This document shows positions 1-12,880 of a stretch of DNA of 64,000 bases, piece after piece; positions within the stretch are counted from its first letter, which is position 1; every line of letters starts with the position of its first letter. The DNA is taken from the NCBI GenBank assembly GCA_048013815.1, contig CM106585.1, positions 18,724,001 to 18,788,000 on the forward strand, read 5' to 3'. Under the pieces are notes generated by a model, which saw only the letters and a list, made by a program, of their open reading frames with translations, was not told where the DNA came from and searched no databases. This stretch comes from Setoptus koraiensis. Lineage: Eukaryota; Animalia; Arthropoda. The position numbers and the translations under genes were made by a program.

Positions 1-2660
1 GACCTGAAATAAACAACCATCGGCGACCTGGCACAATGCTGAAAGCTGGCCAGCCCATTGGAACGCGATTGAGCACCCAACTAAGGTTTCGCCTCTCCTC
101 GGCTTGTCACCAGGGAGAAAGCGAGAGCAAGTGAGGCCCGTGTTGTGTTCTCGTCGTCGTTGTTGTAGTTGTTGTTGTTTATACCGTGTCTAGTTGTCAC
201 CTAAAGCTCATGATTGATCACCAGCCGAAATAGTGGAGCTCGCTGTGTGTGTGTGTGTCGCGCAGGTCGGCCTGTTCCACATTTTTGCCATTACTATTGC
301 TTTCAGACACGTGAAGCCTCAAGTTTGAGGCTCGAATCAGCGCTTCTCTCGTGGGGCTCCTCTGTTCTCATCGAACTCCACACACACACACAATCATAGA
401 ATTTGATATTCGAACCAGAACACACATCCCAGCATGAGTGTGTGTGTGTGTGCTGTCAGCAAAAGAATGACGAACGAGTAGAGCGGTAGAGTAGTAGTTG
501 GCTAATATCGGCCCAGATACATTTTGCAGGCGTTACGTTTTATTATTTAGCCACACTAGTATTTTATTTTCTGCCCGATTATCATTTCTGGCCATCGGTT
601 TGACCAAACTTGCGTAACCAGGCTGACCAATGGATTCGCGTGAATCACTCACACACACTGATCATTCGCATATTTTTTATATCTAGTGTCACCCCAGAGG
701 CCTCCGTCGCGCCACGCAAAGTGCACTAACCGGCCGCACCCATTCCCTCGCCAATGTGCACCGGCCACAAGCGGGCGTGACCTCACAAGTCAGAGCGAGA
801 GAGTGTCAGAGCGAGCTGCAGGCCGGTGACACAGCCAGCTAGCTTGCCAGACCGGAGCAGCTGTTGTTTGTTTGTCAATTCATTGCGCAATCCGTGATCT
901 ATGTTTATTCGTGTCTTTGGCACAGTGTCTCGCCATTGGCCCATCGATCGTCAGTATATTAACAAGCAGCAGCAGCAACAAATATAAATATATCAGATAT
1001 TTATGTATCAGATGTGTGTATGTGATGTATGCGCGCCATTTGCATGGTCACTGTCTGGGCGTCTTGGTGTGCAATTGCATCGGCGCTGCTGTTTGGCCGA
1101 TTATTGATCGCCTAAGTGGGGTTCACACTTGAACACAAACGCAACGCACCTAACAGCGCAGCCAACTTGACTTGCATGAGCTGTTACATCAATTGATTGT
1201 GATAAGCCGATTTGTTTTTTGCTCTGCCTCTCTCTCTCTCTCGCTTTGTCGTGTGTGAGTCTCACCATTTGGAGCGCGCAATTTCTTTTAGAGGCGCTTT
1301 GTCTTACATAAAGGATATATTGTTACTCCGACGAGACCACTATTGCATAAGCGCACAAACAAGAGCAGCGTCAGCACAGAGTTGCTGTTGTTCTCGCTGT
1401 TGCTGCTGTCGTTGTTGTTTGTCGGTTGTCGGTCGTTGGTTGTTGGAGATGCGTCCACACTCGCGGCTCAGAATAGCTGACAGCGTTCGATTTAGCTCTG
1501 CCATTCGATGCGACCCGATCCATTTGATACATTCAAATTGTTTGTCGTTGTTTTTATCCAAATTGTTTTTATCTAGTTGCTTTATAGACTGAAGTGCAAG
1601 TGTATAACTTGTACACAGTATAAGTGAGCGAGCGGACAGAATAAAATAGAAAATAAAGAGAGAAAGTGGCGCGCCACATCGCAGCCAGTAACGGATGAGC
1701 CGTGACCAGTGGATGGTCGCGCCAGTTTGGGCCTCCACGCTCGACACGGATATTGGCGACGCAACTGGCTAGATACGAAACGAAAGAGGGCCACTGCATG
1801 CAAGAGATAGATAGGCCGCAGGATCGAGGCGGCGGGGGATATAATTGATTTATTGAATGCGCGCACCGTCCACTGTTTGTGCCAGCAGCCAAGTTTGTCT
1901 TGCCGGCACAGCGACATGCCTAAAGTGTGCAACCCGCAACAGCGACGCTCAAGTTGTTGCAGTTGTTGGCTCGCCAAACTGTGCCGGCAACTAGAGTGTG
2001 TGGGCGCCTCATGAGACTGGCTGCATTTTAAAAAAAATCAAGCCAATGTCACCACTAGTCGCTGCTCATATTTCATCTCGTGTCGCAGTTTGTGCAGTTT
2101 GTCGCGACTCGTCGCGACATGGAGCGCGTGACAGTGTAAAAAGCGACCCACGAGCGCTTGGCATGGGCGGCAGCGGGGGTAATGATTATTTATTATTGCA
2201 ATTATGGCTGCTTATCATCATGATAATATCATGGCATCAATAATGTGCGATTCGTATAAAAAAATAAACACCCACTAGAGAGAGAGGAGCGCAAAAAATT
2301 GGCTAGCTCGCCAATCAACGCAAGCGCGCTCCATTCGGCGCAATTGCGCCTTGATTATTGCCCAGTGACAGCTTAAGATGGGCAACGATAAAAGCGTGCC
2401 ACAAAAACAACCCTCCAGCCTCCAGCTAGCGCCAGGTCACACAATTGAACATGCAATGTCTGTCGTAACTTGATAATTGGCGCTGACGAGCACGTGATCA
2501 CTAATTAGACACGAGCACTTGTCATGATTATGTTGTCTCATGGAAATGCATCCACTTGGCGCGCGCAATTGGCTCGACACGTCCGCCGGCCCGATTTCGA
2601 TCGGCACTGTCGCAATTTATCTATGCCAGTCGATTGTCTCGGCCCGTGTTGTGCGGCGCT

Positions 2661-2720
2661 GGTGGCTTGTTCAAACGTCGGTGGCTCGTTCAAACGTTGG
2701 TGGCTTGTTCAAACGTTGGC
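2661..2720. repeat. 19-bp tandem repeat x3
   Basis: ggtggct(t/c)gttcaaacgt(c/t) at 2661, 2680 and 2699. Confidence 0.9.
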
Positions 2721-3850
2721 CCACAGCCTACAAGTGCGCCCGTAATTGAACGACTGGCTCGTTGTGGGCCAAATTGTTTTCATCCCAACCGGTCGCCACT
2801 GCACCGGCTACCTCTGGCGCCGCAAAACGACTCGCCAGTTCGCGTGGGCCCGCCATATCAGCAGCAGCAGCAACAACAGCGACAGCAACAACAACAACGG
2901 CGACAACAACGGCGACAACAACATTCTCGCGCTGCATAATGCAAACGTTGGGTTACACATTGAATAATAACTCGCTCGTGTGTTTCAAATGGCTCTGCCC
3001 TAGTTGACAGTGACACTTTTTGCAAACGCGCTCGCTTGGCGCGCCTATAAATAAATAACCACTTGCCAGCAAACTTTATTTCCAGCGAGCCTCTTTGCGC
3101 TGGCAGCCTCTTGCGATCTGTCCGCCTGTCTGTCTCGCTTCTCTTGGCTTTATACTCGCTTATGCGGCTTATGTGTTGCGCCCGTGCGCGCCGTGTGACA
3201 TTGCACGAGCCTCGTCGCGCCAAATGTAACGTCGTCGTCGTCGTCGTCGTCGTCGCTGTAAAGAATTGCCAAAACCCATCGGACTCAAACTCGACTCGCA
3301 CAATCACAGTGTGCAAGACAATCAATGTTTGCGCCGGGCACGCGCTGCCGGCAACATCATTGGGTGTTTGCGAATTAATTTATGGCCCACGCCGCTCGGC
3401 TTAGTTTGTTTGTGCGTGCCACACTCACCCGGCGCCGGCGCTGCCCGCCTGGCCAAGCGGGCTTGCAACGCAATGTTGTTATGCAAATTAGTTTGCGCTA
3501 GCTGCGACTATGCGCCGGGTTGCCACGTTGCGTCAACGCGCTCCAGCCCGGCAACAAACGGCGCCCAATGAGTCATGGCCCATGATGGATCATCATCATG
3601 GGCGCTTATATAACAATCAGGGCGCTTGCACATTATATAACAAACTGAAAACTGTTTGCTCGGCGCCGTCTTGCCGCAAGCCCTTGCGTCAAATAGATAC
3701 TCTCTCTCTCGCTAGTGAGCGCCGGCGCTCACTAGCGAGCTAATCATCGGCTGGCGACGGGCTAAAAACTAAAAAAAGAGTTACACTTGGCACGCCCGTG
3801 CAAACTGTTTTGTCGCGCCACCCTTACACACTGATCATTTGCTGCGCCCA

Positions 3851-3912
3851 TTGTATAATGTGCGACTTGTATAATGTGCGACTTGTGTAATGTGCGACTT
3901 GTGTAATGTGCG
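3851..3912. repeat. 16-bp tandem repeat x~4
   Basis: ttgt(a/g)taatgtgcgac at 3851, 3867, 3883 and 3899. Confidence 0.9.
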
Positions 3913-6900
3913 GTGACTTGCCGTAACTCGGCGGCGCACCCCCAATAATAATATTGAATATTTTCAATCGCTGTCGCAATTGGCTGCCGCTTTGGCTGCC
4001 GCTTTGGCTGCCGCTTTGGCTGCGCCCGCCCGCCCGCCCGGCCCGCGTGCCAAATGCTAAACGCCAAGATAAAGCGCGCGACAGCCCGCGACGCGCCAGT
4101 GGGGGGCGCCCCGTCCGACACGCACGCGGCCCCACGGCCCAACAGTGCGCCGGGCCCCAAAAAGTGACATGTCCGCTCATTGCGTAATCCCTGGCGCTCG
4201 TAATCACTATTTGATGTTCTGGCAAAAGTTGGCCACGTTCCTGTGCCGAGTCGTGCGCGTACACGTTTGCGGCCCGGCCCCGGCCGAAATTCTTGACTTG
4301 GGCCCGCTCGTGAGGCCCGCTTGTCTGGGCTCGCTCGTGTGCGCTGTTGTCGCGGCCCGCACTCGTGTCGCCGCAAGCGGCCCCCGTTGGCCAGGGTTGG
4401 CCAGGGTTGGTCTGACGATCCAAGTCCGGCTCGTGCTTCCGTTCGTCGGTGGCAATTAAAACTGGCGGCCATTTTGCTGTCATTCATCTTGACCGTTGCG
4501 CTGCAACTCGCTGACCAAAGTCTAGCCAGCGCGGCCGGGGCACGTAGCCGGCGCGTGTGTCGCCCGCGCTTATGTCACCAACTGCAATCGACGTGCCGCA
4601 TTTGGCCGGCCATCGGGCCACTGTTGCGCCGACCGCACCGCCCAGCGGCCATCGTCGGGCCGGCCATGGGTCATCTTTGGCGGCAGCGTTATTTTCGTCT
4701 GCGCGTCTCTGTGTGTTGGCCGTTTCGTGTGCCAGCAACTGTGTGTGTGTGTGTGCATAATTGTTGTCCATTTGGCGGCCATAATGAACTCAGCGCCGTC
4801 TCTGGCTCCTGTGTGTGTAGAGGTTTCGTTTCTCCGGCCGGCCAACTATGATTGATTGTTGTTTCTGGCTGGCTGGCTGGCTGGCCGGCGGTTGCCGCAG
4901 CTTGGCGGCTGTGGTGGTTGCCCGCAGTAGCAAATGAAAATGAGCAAAATGATGCAACTACCAACTTTTGGCCCGGCACCATTAACGGTGTTTTGGTGGC
5001 GGTGGTGCGATACACAAACGGCATTTGCATGTCGCTGTTGTGTGTGTGTGTGCCAAAGTCAAACTGTGCCTAATGGTTGTTTAGCTCGCCGATTGGCGCT
5101 TCTCTCCTGCGGCGCCACACAGCTACGCCAAGCGGCTGCCCGATGGTAGCCAGCGCTCAGTTTGATGCCATCATTATGATGTCATAATTTTTGACTCGGC
5201 CGCTGATTGCTAATTAATATTAATTGCAATTTGTGCTGCGCGCGAATTGACGCAGCCGCCGCTGCCGCCGGTCGCTGGCCGGCCCGCCGGCTCGATCGGT
5301 CAGTGTCTAGGCGATTCAATTTAATCCAATTTCCAATTGGCTCTCCGGTGCGCAGCTCGAGACGGCGAGCCGGCGAGCTTTGCATAAGCAGCGAGCCTGC
5401 ATGACAAGCGAGCCCGCTGCAGCGCGGTGTGCGCGGCGCGGTGCGCCGCGCCGGCACAAGATGCTGCTTTTGTGCGCGCACTAAAAATATCTTGCAATCG
5501 TAATCGCACACACACACAATTGTTGTGTGTTACATAACGACTGGCCATATAAAATAAAATTAGAAGCAGCGCAATTGAATTAGTAGCGCCGCGGCCAACA
5601 GCGAAACAAACAACCCATTCTCTTAATAGGTCCAATCGAATGGCCGTGTGTTACAAATGATAATAATAGAAGCAGAGCAGTGTGTGCGCTGGATAAATAA
5701 GTTGGATAAGTAAAAAATAAATGGACGCCATGATTTATTGAGTGTGTGATTGCCAGAGATGAACAACAAAACATTCATGCGCCGCTAATGCTCGTCAAAG
5801 GCTTTAAAATAGGCCTAATTCCGCTGGCTGCTGCGGCCGGCGCTCCGGCCAGAGCCAACGAAAGTTGCGGCCAGCGCCGAGCGAACGCCCAGCAAACGCC
5901 GAGCAAACGCCGAGAGAACGCCGAGAACAAGAGCGAGCGAACGCCGACAACAAGAGCGAGAAGACGAGGGCCAATCGCCTTATATCGCTCGCTCTGGCTC
6001 ACATATAAACCACCAACCAGATCAGGCTGCACAAGTACAAGTTAACCCAGTTGCCCCTTGTCGCCCTGCTAGCCCCAGCGTTGACTCGGCTGCCGGCGCT
6101 GTCGCTGTTGTTGCTGTCGCTGTTGTTGTTGCTGTTGTTGCTGTTGTTGTTGGTGGTGGCGGTGGCGGCGATGCTGTCGTTGTGTAATGTGTGGCTGCTA
6201 GTTGCAAATAATGTTACGTAATATTGCGTAAGTGGTACACACACACACACTGCATAGCAAATAATCAATTTATTATCATTGTGTGTGCTTCTCTAGCGGC
6301 CACTTGGCTTATCCGCGAATCCAGTTGAAGCGCCACGATGATGATTAATGTTTGTGTATCTCGTTCTCACTACTTTTTCGCTCTTGTTAGCCGTATCATT
6401 CCCGTTCAGTGTGTTACATCTCATGCCACTACTGCTGCAACCTGTAACAGTGGCTCGCTGCTGCTGCAACCTGTTCGCCGCTTTAAAACTTTTCAAACTT
6501 TATCTCGCCCGTCAGTCGGCTGCGGTCGGCCGGCCGCAGCCGGTCAGCGCCGCCACTGGCGCTTCTTCTCGCCTCTTCTCGGCTCGTCTTGGCTCGTCTT
6601 GCCTCTTCTTGCCCCTTGTTGGCTCGTCGTCTTGCACATGCACGCCAAACGCAACGCCAGCGATAATGGACAATGGATTGTTTTTATTAGCCCCGCGTCT
6701 GTCTACTGTTGTTTGTTTGTTTTGCCTGACGTGATTGCGTCATAACGTCCTCTTTAAACGTTACGCCATTGCTGGGGCCACTATATTAGCGCAGTGTGTG
6801 TGTGTGTAAAAAGAAGACCAACAAGAAGTGAATTATGAGCCATGTTTTTCTCCATCCGTTTATCTATTGTTTGCAAATTGTTAACACCATCGTCATTGTT

Positions 6901-9900
6901 ATACACACACACACACTGTCTCGGAATGGCACAACATTTCTCGTTGGCAATCACAACAATATCCAATAACTAATAGCGGCACCAGCACAAGTGTCCAATT
7001 GGTCTCGCCAAATTTGGCCTGCCTGCCTCTTATCTCATAACTAGATTTGTTGCCTCTGCCTCTGCCGTTGTTGCTGTTGCCGTTGTTGTTGTTGTTGTTG
7101 TTGTTGCCGTCTGCTGTTGTTGCCGATGTTGTTGTTGCTGTTGTTGCCGTTGGTTGCGTCATCGGGTTGCGCTATTGGCCCTGGCCTACACATGGCGAGA
7201 TGGCGAGATGGCGCAACAACAAAACAACAACTATTGCCAATCAATCACCTGTAATCAATGTTGATGGCGAACTGGCGCTAAACACTCATCGTTGTTGTTC
7301 ATCATGGGCCGTGTATCGGCACTGGCCAACACTGGCCAAGACTGGCCGGCTGCGTCACTCACTGTTTGTGGCCAGTCCGTGTGCCATGTCCGTGTCCGTG
7401 TCCGTATCCATGCACAGTCGGCGCTGTCAATAGGACAGACCGAGTGTGTCGGTCACACCGCGCCCGCCGAAATTGTTTGCGGTACCTCTGGCGCTATTCA
7501 TAATATTGCTGCGCCCGTTGCGGCCGGCCCGGCAGCTCGGCCGGCAACCAATGCGGCGACCAATGGCCACCGCAGCGAAACGCGACAGCCCAGCCACGAT
7601 GAGCCCAGCTCGAACAGAGAAAATGTGAAAATTTGAAAATGCGATTCGTTGCCCGCTACAAATACCACCTTTTAATGATGATGGATGGATCTATCGCTTT
7701 TTGTTCACAAATCTAATAATTCCGGCCCATTGATTGCCAAGATGATGTCTCATTTAAGCCGCGCACCGTCCATCGTCCTAATGACCTGTCCAATTCAGCG
7801 GCTCTTGTCTTGTTTGGCCAGCTCGCAGCTTGGCCTAGCCGGCGCCGCCAAACACTCGGCAACCCCGACAATTGTTGTTGAACAGCAGTGTGTCTACTTG
7901 AATTACCTGTCGCAAATATGACGCAAACGACCAGCCACACGGATTTGTGGTGTCTGGCACGTGTTACGTGCACAAAGGGGCTGCTGCTGCGCACACCAAG
8001 CCGAAATAAGCCGCCTGCTGCTGGATAATAGCTGACTGGGCCTCTTGACAGTGTCCTTTGAATTCTTTCTCCTTTACCTGGCGCAACATTTCACTTTCTG
8101 CTCGCCACTTCTGGCCAACATTTATCTTACCGCCAGCGGCCCCTTGTAGGCGCCAAATATTGGCTTTGGGCCGGGCACTTGCCAGCGCGCGCCAGTCCAA
8201 CGATCTTGGCCGAGCCAGCGCGACCTGTCTGCTGTCGATTCGACAGCAATTCTGCTGTCGAATCGCCAGCACGCGCTCTGCCGATTATTGGCTATATCCG
8301 AATAAATTGAAAAAGTAAGTCTCTCTCTCTCCCTCTGGCCGTGCTGGCTGACCGGCCGCCTCAAAGATTACAGCGGCCCCGTAATGTCTGGCCGGCCCAT
8401 TATCTCGCCTGATGATCTCATTATCGTTTGGGGCCTGGCGCCACTTTGGTGCAACGCTGGTCCACCAGCTCACAATCACACAGTGTCTGTGCGAGCTGCG
8501 CGCTCGCCACTGATCTTTGGCGATCCAGCCAGCCAGTCGGCTGGTCAACGAGAAAGAAAAAACTTATCTCGCCCTTGTGTGGCTCCTTCGGGCCCCACTG
8601 GCTGCAGGTTGGCCGTGGCTCGCTCTACGGAGGCTCGCCTCTGTGCGGGGCCCGTACGTCTGTTTGGCTGCTGCCATTGTAACGGCAAGATAAGAGACGG
8701 CCTCAAATCTAGATTAAAGTATTAGCGAGCGAGCGCTGTTTGGCTCACCATCAATTATTATATACGTTCTCTGTGTGTTGTGTGTTGCCATGTTTGATAT
8801 GACTGCACTTGTCCCGTAATTGTTTCCCCCCGCTGTCTGTGGGCTGCTGATCGTGCGAGCTGCACCTTCCGCCTCCCATCTCCCCTCGCGCTTTATAGGC
8901 AGCTAAGGCTATCCCAGCTCCCCCGATCTCTCGTGTGGTGGGCATTGTGTCCAGTGGCTCGTTCGGGCCAACTGATCCCTCCCTGGCAGCAGCAGCAGCA
9001 GCGGCAGGTCAACTGGCGCCGTGGTGCCGAGAGTCAAGTTCGCCGGCCAGCGATTCTATTGAGTGACTCGATTTGAGAGTCGAGAATAGAATCGCGAGTC
9101 ACTCGCCGCGCAAGAGCGGCGAAAAAGAATTTCGAGCGCCCGCGAGAGGCGTGTGGCTCTGATTCCGCTTCTCTCTGGGGTCGCTCAATCGAGCGACCGA
9201 TCGACGCAACGACCGATCGACGAAGCTTGCACCGCACGCCGGACAATGGACAATGCGCAGCGAGCACGGGACAAAATGGAGACGGACGGATCAATTCATG
9301 ATGATGATGTCTATCGACGCCAATCAAATATAACAGCGCTCCCATCTGTTGTTTGCGAGGCGAAATTGTTGTTGTTGTTGTTGCGCAATTGTCGCTGTTG
9401 TCGTGTGTGTGTGTGTGTGTTGGCGAGCATCAATTGTCGGCCGCGAACAAGTTTGAGCGGCCGAGTTGCGACGCGCGCGATCATGAAACGTATGATTAGC
9501 GAACAGTCGACAGCATGTAATCATGATGTCGGTTACCTGCGCTTGGCCACTGGCGCACAGGCTCTGTTGTGTTGTCTAAACTGGAAACTCAATTTTAGTT
9601 GCAAGCTGCGAAAAATGAGAAATTGCCGTCTGCAGCAATTGCGTTCGTTTGGAAGCCAAGGCTTCGATTTTTGTGGCGCGACTCTCTGAGTGCGACTCGG
9701 TCAAACTCGGGCTTGCAACTTGTTGTGCAAGGGCGCGCTGACTCATCGCTGTCGGCTGACTCACCGGCGGCTGGCCGCGCCGAGCGCAATCAGCGATCGG
9801 CAATCGTGGACGCAGTTTGCCATTTGAGATTTACAGCGAATTTAGCTGGCGAGCGCCGAGATTTACAGCGAATTGAGCTGGCGAGCCGAGCGAGTGTTCG

Positions 9901-12802
9901 CTTCTGTGCGCGATTCTTCTGTTCGCAGAGAAGCTGCCAAGACTCGCTGAGACTGTTTAATTGGCGCACTTCATTATGTCTTTGTGCGTCTCACACACAT
10001 CGGCGGCAGCATCGCCACGGAGCGACGCGGAGGCCGACGGGACGCTGACGGAGACGGGACGCTGACGGAGACGGGCAGCCAAACGCGGCGGACAGGCAGC
10101 CCGACGCGGACAAACAACAGACCGAGCGGCTGTCAGCTGACGGGCGTGATTTGCGCGTGGATGCACTTGACAGCAGCCAGTCAATCTCTCTTATTAACCG
10201 TCTGACTGGATGCTGCTGTTGTTTGTTGCTGTTGTTTGTTGCTGTTGTTTGTTGCCGTTGTTTTGTTGCAGCAGCCGGCCGGCAGCGCGAGTGGCGGCGC
10301 TGGCTTCGCTCCCATCGGCGTTGGCCGTCGAGATTTGCACAATTTGCGTTTGCTGCGAAACAACTCCGACGCAACAGCGCTTTGCGACCGGCCACTGGCG
10401 CTGGCACGGCCAAAACAAACAATATGAAATGGATCAGATGCTAATGATAATGATGCGGCAGCGTCACAATGTTGCCCATTGTTGTCGTATCGTGGCCGTT
10501 GTTGTCGCTAGCAGGCCCTCGAATTTCGAAGCCGCTGTCACGCTTCGAGGGGCGTGTGTGGTCCGACAAGTGCGCTCACTTCCTCGTTGGCTGATTAATT
10601 TGCAGCCAGAGGCGGCCGGCGACGAGCGCGCCACAAGCAGCGCCAGCCAACCAGCAACGAGCGACGAGCAGCGCCAAGGTCACCGGCGGCCGACATAGGT
10701 GCACACACGCTGGACGGCGCAAGAGGAAGTTTGCATATGATTAATTGTGACTCTCTGCCAGTTTGTTCCTCTGTTTCCTCTCGCTGGTCGAATCGCCCGC
10801 TCGCTCGCTGTGTGTGACACCGGGCACCTGTCGAACGCGCGTACTGTTCGCTGTCACACACACTCGGCCGCGTTGGCGCAATCATTGTGCCACAATTGTG
10901 CAGCATGCCGTCGCCGTTGCCGACTGACGGTGCACGGCGCGCAAACAATTGCGAGCATGAGACGGTCACATGCTCGCACAGTCGGTGCACTGGTCACCAG
11001 CGGATGGCGAACAAAGCTTCGAAAGCGGCGCAACGCGAGGCTTCTTTTCTCACAACTTGCGAGTCACAACTTGCGAGTCACAACTTGTCAGCGTTGTGAG
11101 TCACAAGTGTGCGCTTGTGGCCGCCGAACGCTCTTTCTAGCCGCACTGGCCAGCGAGAGTCTCGTTGCGCGACACACAGAGCGAGCGCTTCTGGCGGAAA
11201 GTTTCTGCGGCCGGCCGCCAAAGTAAACAAGCGGCCGGCCGGACAAAACGAGCGCCGGCTCGCCAAATTGAAATCGTTCGCCAGTGACATTGCGAGTGAC
11301 ATTTGTGATATGTGTGTGTGTGTGTTGCGACAAACGCAAACACTCTCACATGCTCGACACTTGTTAGCTCATCCGCTGTTGACTGAACAGTGTTGAGTCT
11401 CAACAGTTGAGAATCGTTCCCGGAGAATGCGCCATGATGGCAGCGCAATGTGGCCACATTGCGCGTCAATCAATCGGTGTGTCGTGTTGGCCGGCAGCGG
11501 CGCGACATGCGATTGGCGTGTTTTGTAAGCCAAGTTAAGAGCCAATAACAAGTGCCAAACGAACGCTGTCGAAGCAAACGAAGCAAATTGCGAATTCGCG
11601 AGCCGGCCATTGCATCGCGAGCATTGACGAGCGTTGCATCGCGACACCATTGCGACGGGCGACTGTGCAGCGCCCCGTTGGCCGCATTAACGCGGCAGCG
11701 CCTTGTTGGCCGCATTGCGCCCACTGACAGTGAGACTGGTGAGTCGGTGCCGCTGACGCGCTCGTCGTGCCACAACGACGCAATAAACGACGGCCAATCA
11801 CATTCAATCACACGCAATAATGTGTGTATAAATAGCGATAAGCGGGCCCCGCCGCCCGGACCGGCGGCAACAACATCCAGTCGGCCAGCCAACAACGACA
11901 ACCAACGACAGCCAGCAGCAACAGCGACAGCCAACAACAGCAACAGCGACCGCCGCACAGCGATGCGCTGCGCAGCGCAATTAGGAGCGCCGGGCAGCCG
12001 AGTTAATAGGCAATTAATTAGTGTCATTATGGGTCAGACGATAAGTAATTAGTTTACATTTAGTGTCATTCGATCGTCGTCGTCGCTGGCCGCCGGCGCG
12101 GCCAGCGCGCGGCCCCGCGACGCGTCAGCTGTCATGTGGTGCGTCCATCTAGGCGCCGCGTGAGCGCAGCGTCTGACACTGGCTCGCTCCGGCGATTCGG
12201 TGCCCATTCTGGCCGCTCGCAGTCCGATCGAACGCCCGTCGCAAGCCGTCGAACGCCGCCGAGCGCCCGTCGGACGCTCGCAGAACGCGCATCGCTCGCC
12301 AAGCGTTCGGCGACGTTCGGCGGCGTTCGGCGGGCACCGGGCATGTTGCACAACCGTTGTTTGTTCGGCACAACAATGGCCGGCTGTGCGTCGCAACCGC
12401 TCGGGCTTGCGCGACAACCGGCCGCTCGCCGGCGCAACGGGGGCCGCTCCGTGCGGCGTCGCTAATCCCGCCAGTGGCGCTCCTTGCAGCGCTCACTGGC
12501 CGCTCAGCGAGAAAGTGACTCGTTCTCGCACACACTCGCTTGCCCGGCCGCCAGTCTGCCGGCCGCCATTCTGTTGGGCCACTCTGACCGTCACAGTCTG
12601 ACCGTCACAGTCTGCCGGGCGATTCCGTCGAGCGACTCTGCCGGGCGATTAGCATCTCGCAGGAATTCAATTTCCCACAGAGCGCCCGATCGGGCGCACT
12701 GGCCACAATTCGCAGCGCCGGCTACCGGCCTGACTAATGCCGTTCGTGCCGCGCTCAGCGTCACCTCTTTGCCCATGCCCACGGTGCCCATGCGAGCGCC
12801 GT

Positions 12803-12880
12803 CGTTGCCGCCGTTGCCGCCGTTGCCGCCGTTGCCGCCGTTGCCGCCGTTGCCGCCGTTGCCGCCGTTGCCGCCGTTGC
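12803..12880. repeat. 9-bp tandem repeat x~8.7
   Basis: (cgttgccgc)n; source of the PPL/CRR/QRR pseudo-ORFs. Confidence 0.95.

Noticed and set aside
2540-2749. ORF containing LGARN as the missing semaphorin exon
   Set aside because: Flanking residues do not match LLVGARN.VYN.SL and there is no suitable phase-0 donor.
3046-3053. TATA-box-like TATAAATA (others at ~19978 and ~24856)
   Set aside because: No independent evidence for a start site; such words are expected by chance.
6348-6734. Hydrophobic ORF start (MFVYLVLTTFSLLLAVSFP) as the semaphorin signal peptide
   Set aside because: No downstream Sema similarity or convincing donor; compatible with chance in T-rich sequence.
8804-8816. TGCACTTGTCCCG resembling miR-92
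   Set aside because: Seed mismatch and no complementary arm nearby.
11731-11738. 8-nt microexon candidate (ctgacag|TGAGACTG|gtgagt)
   Set aside because: Not frame-preserving, starts with a stop triplet and has no supporting context.
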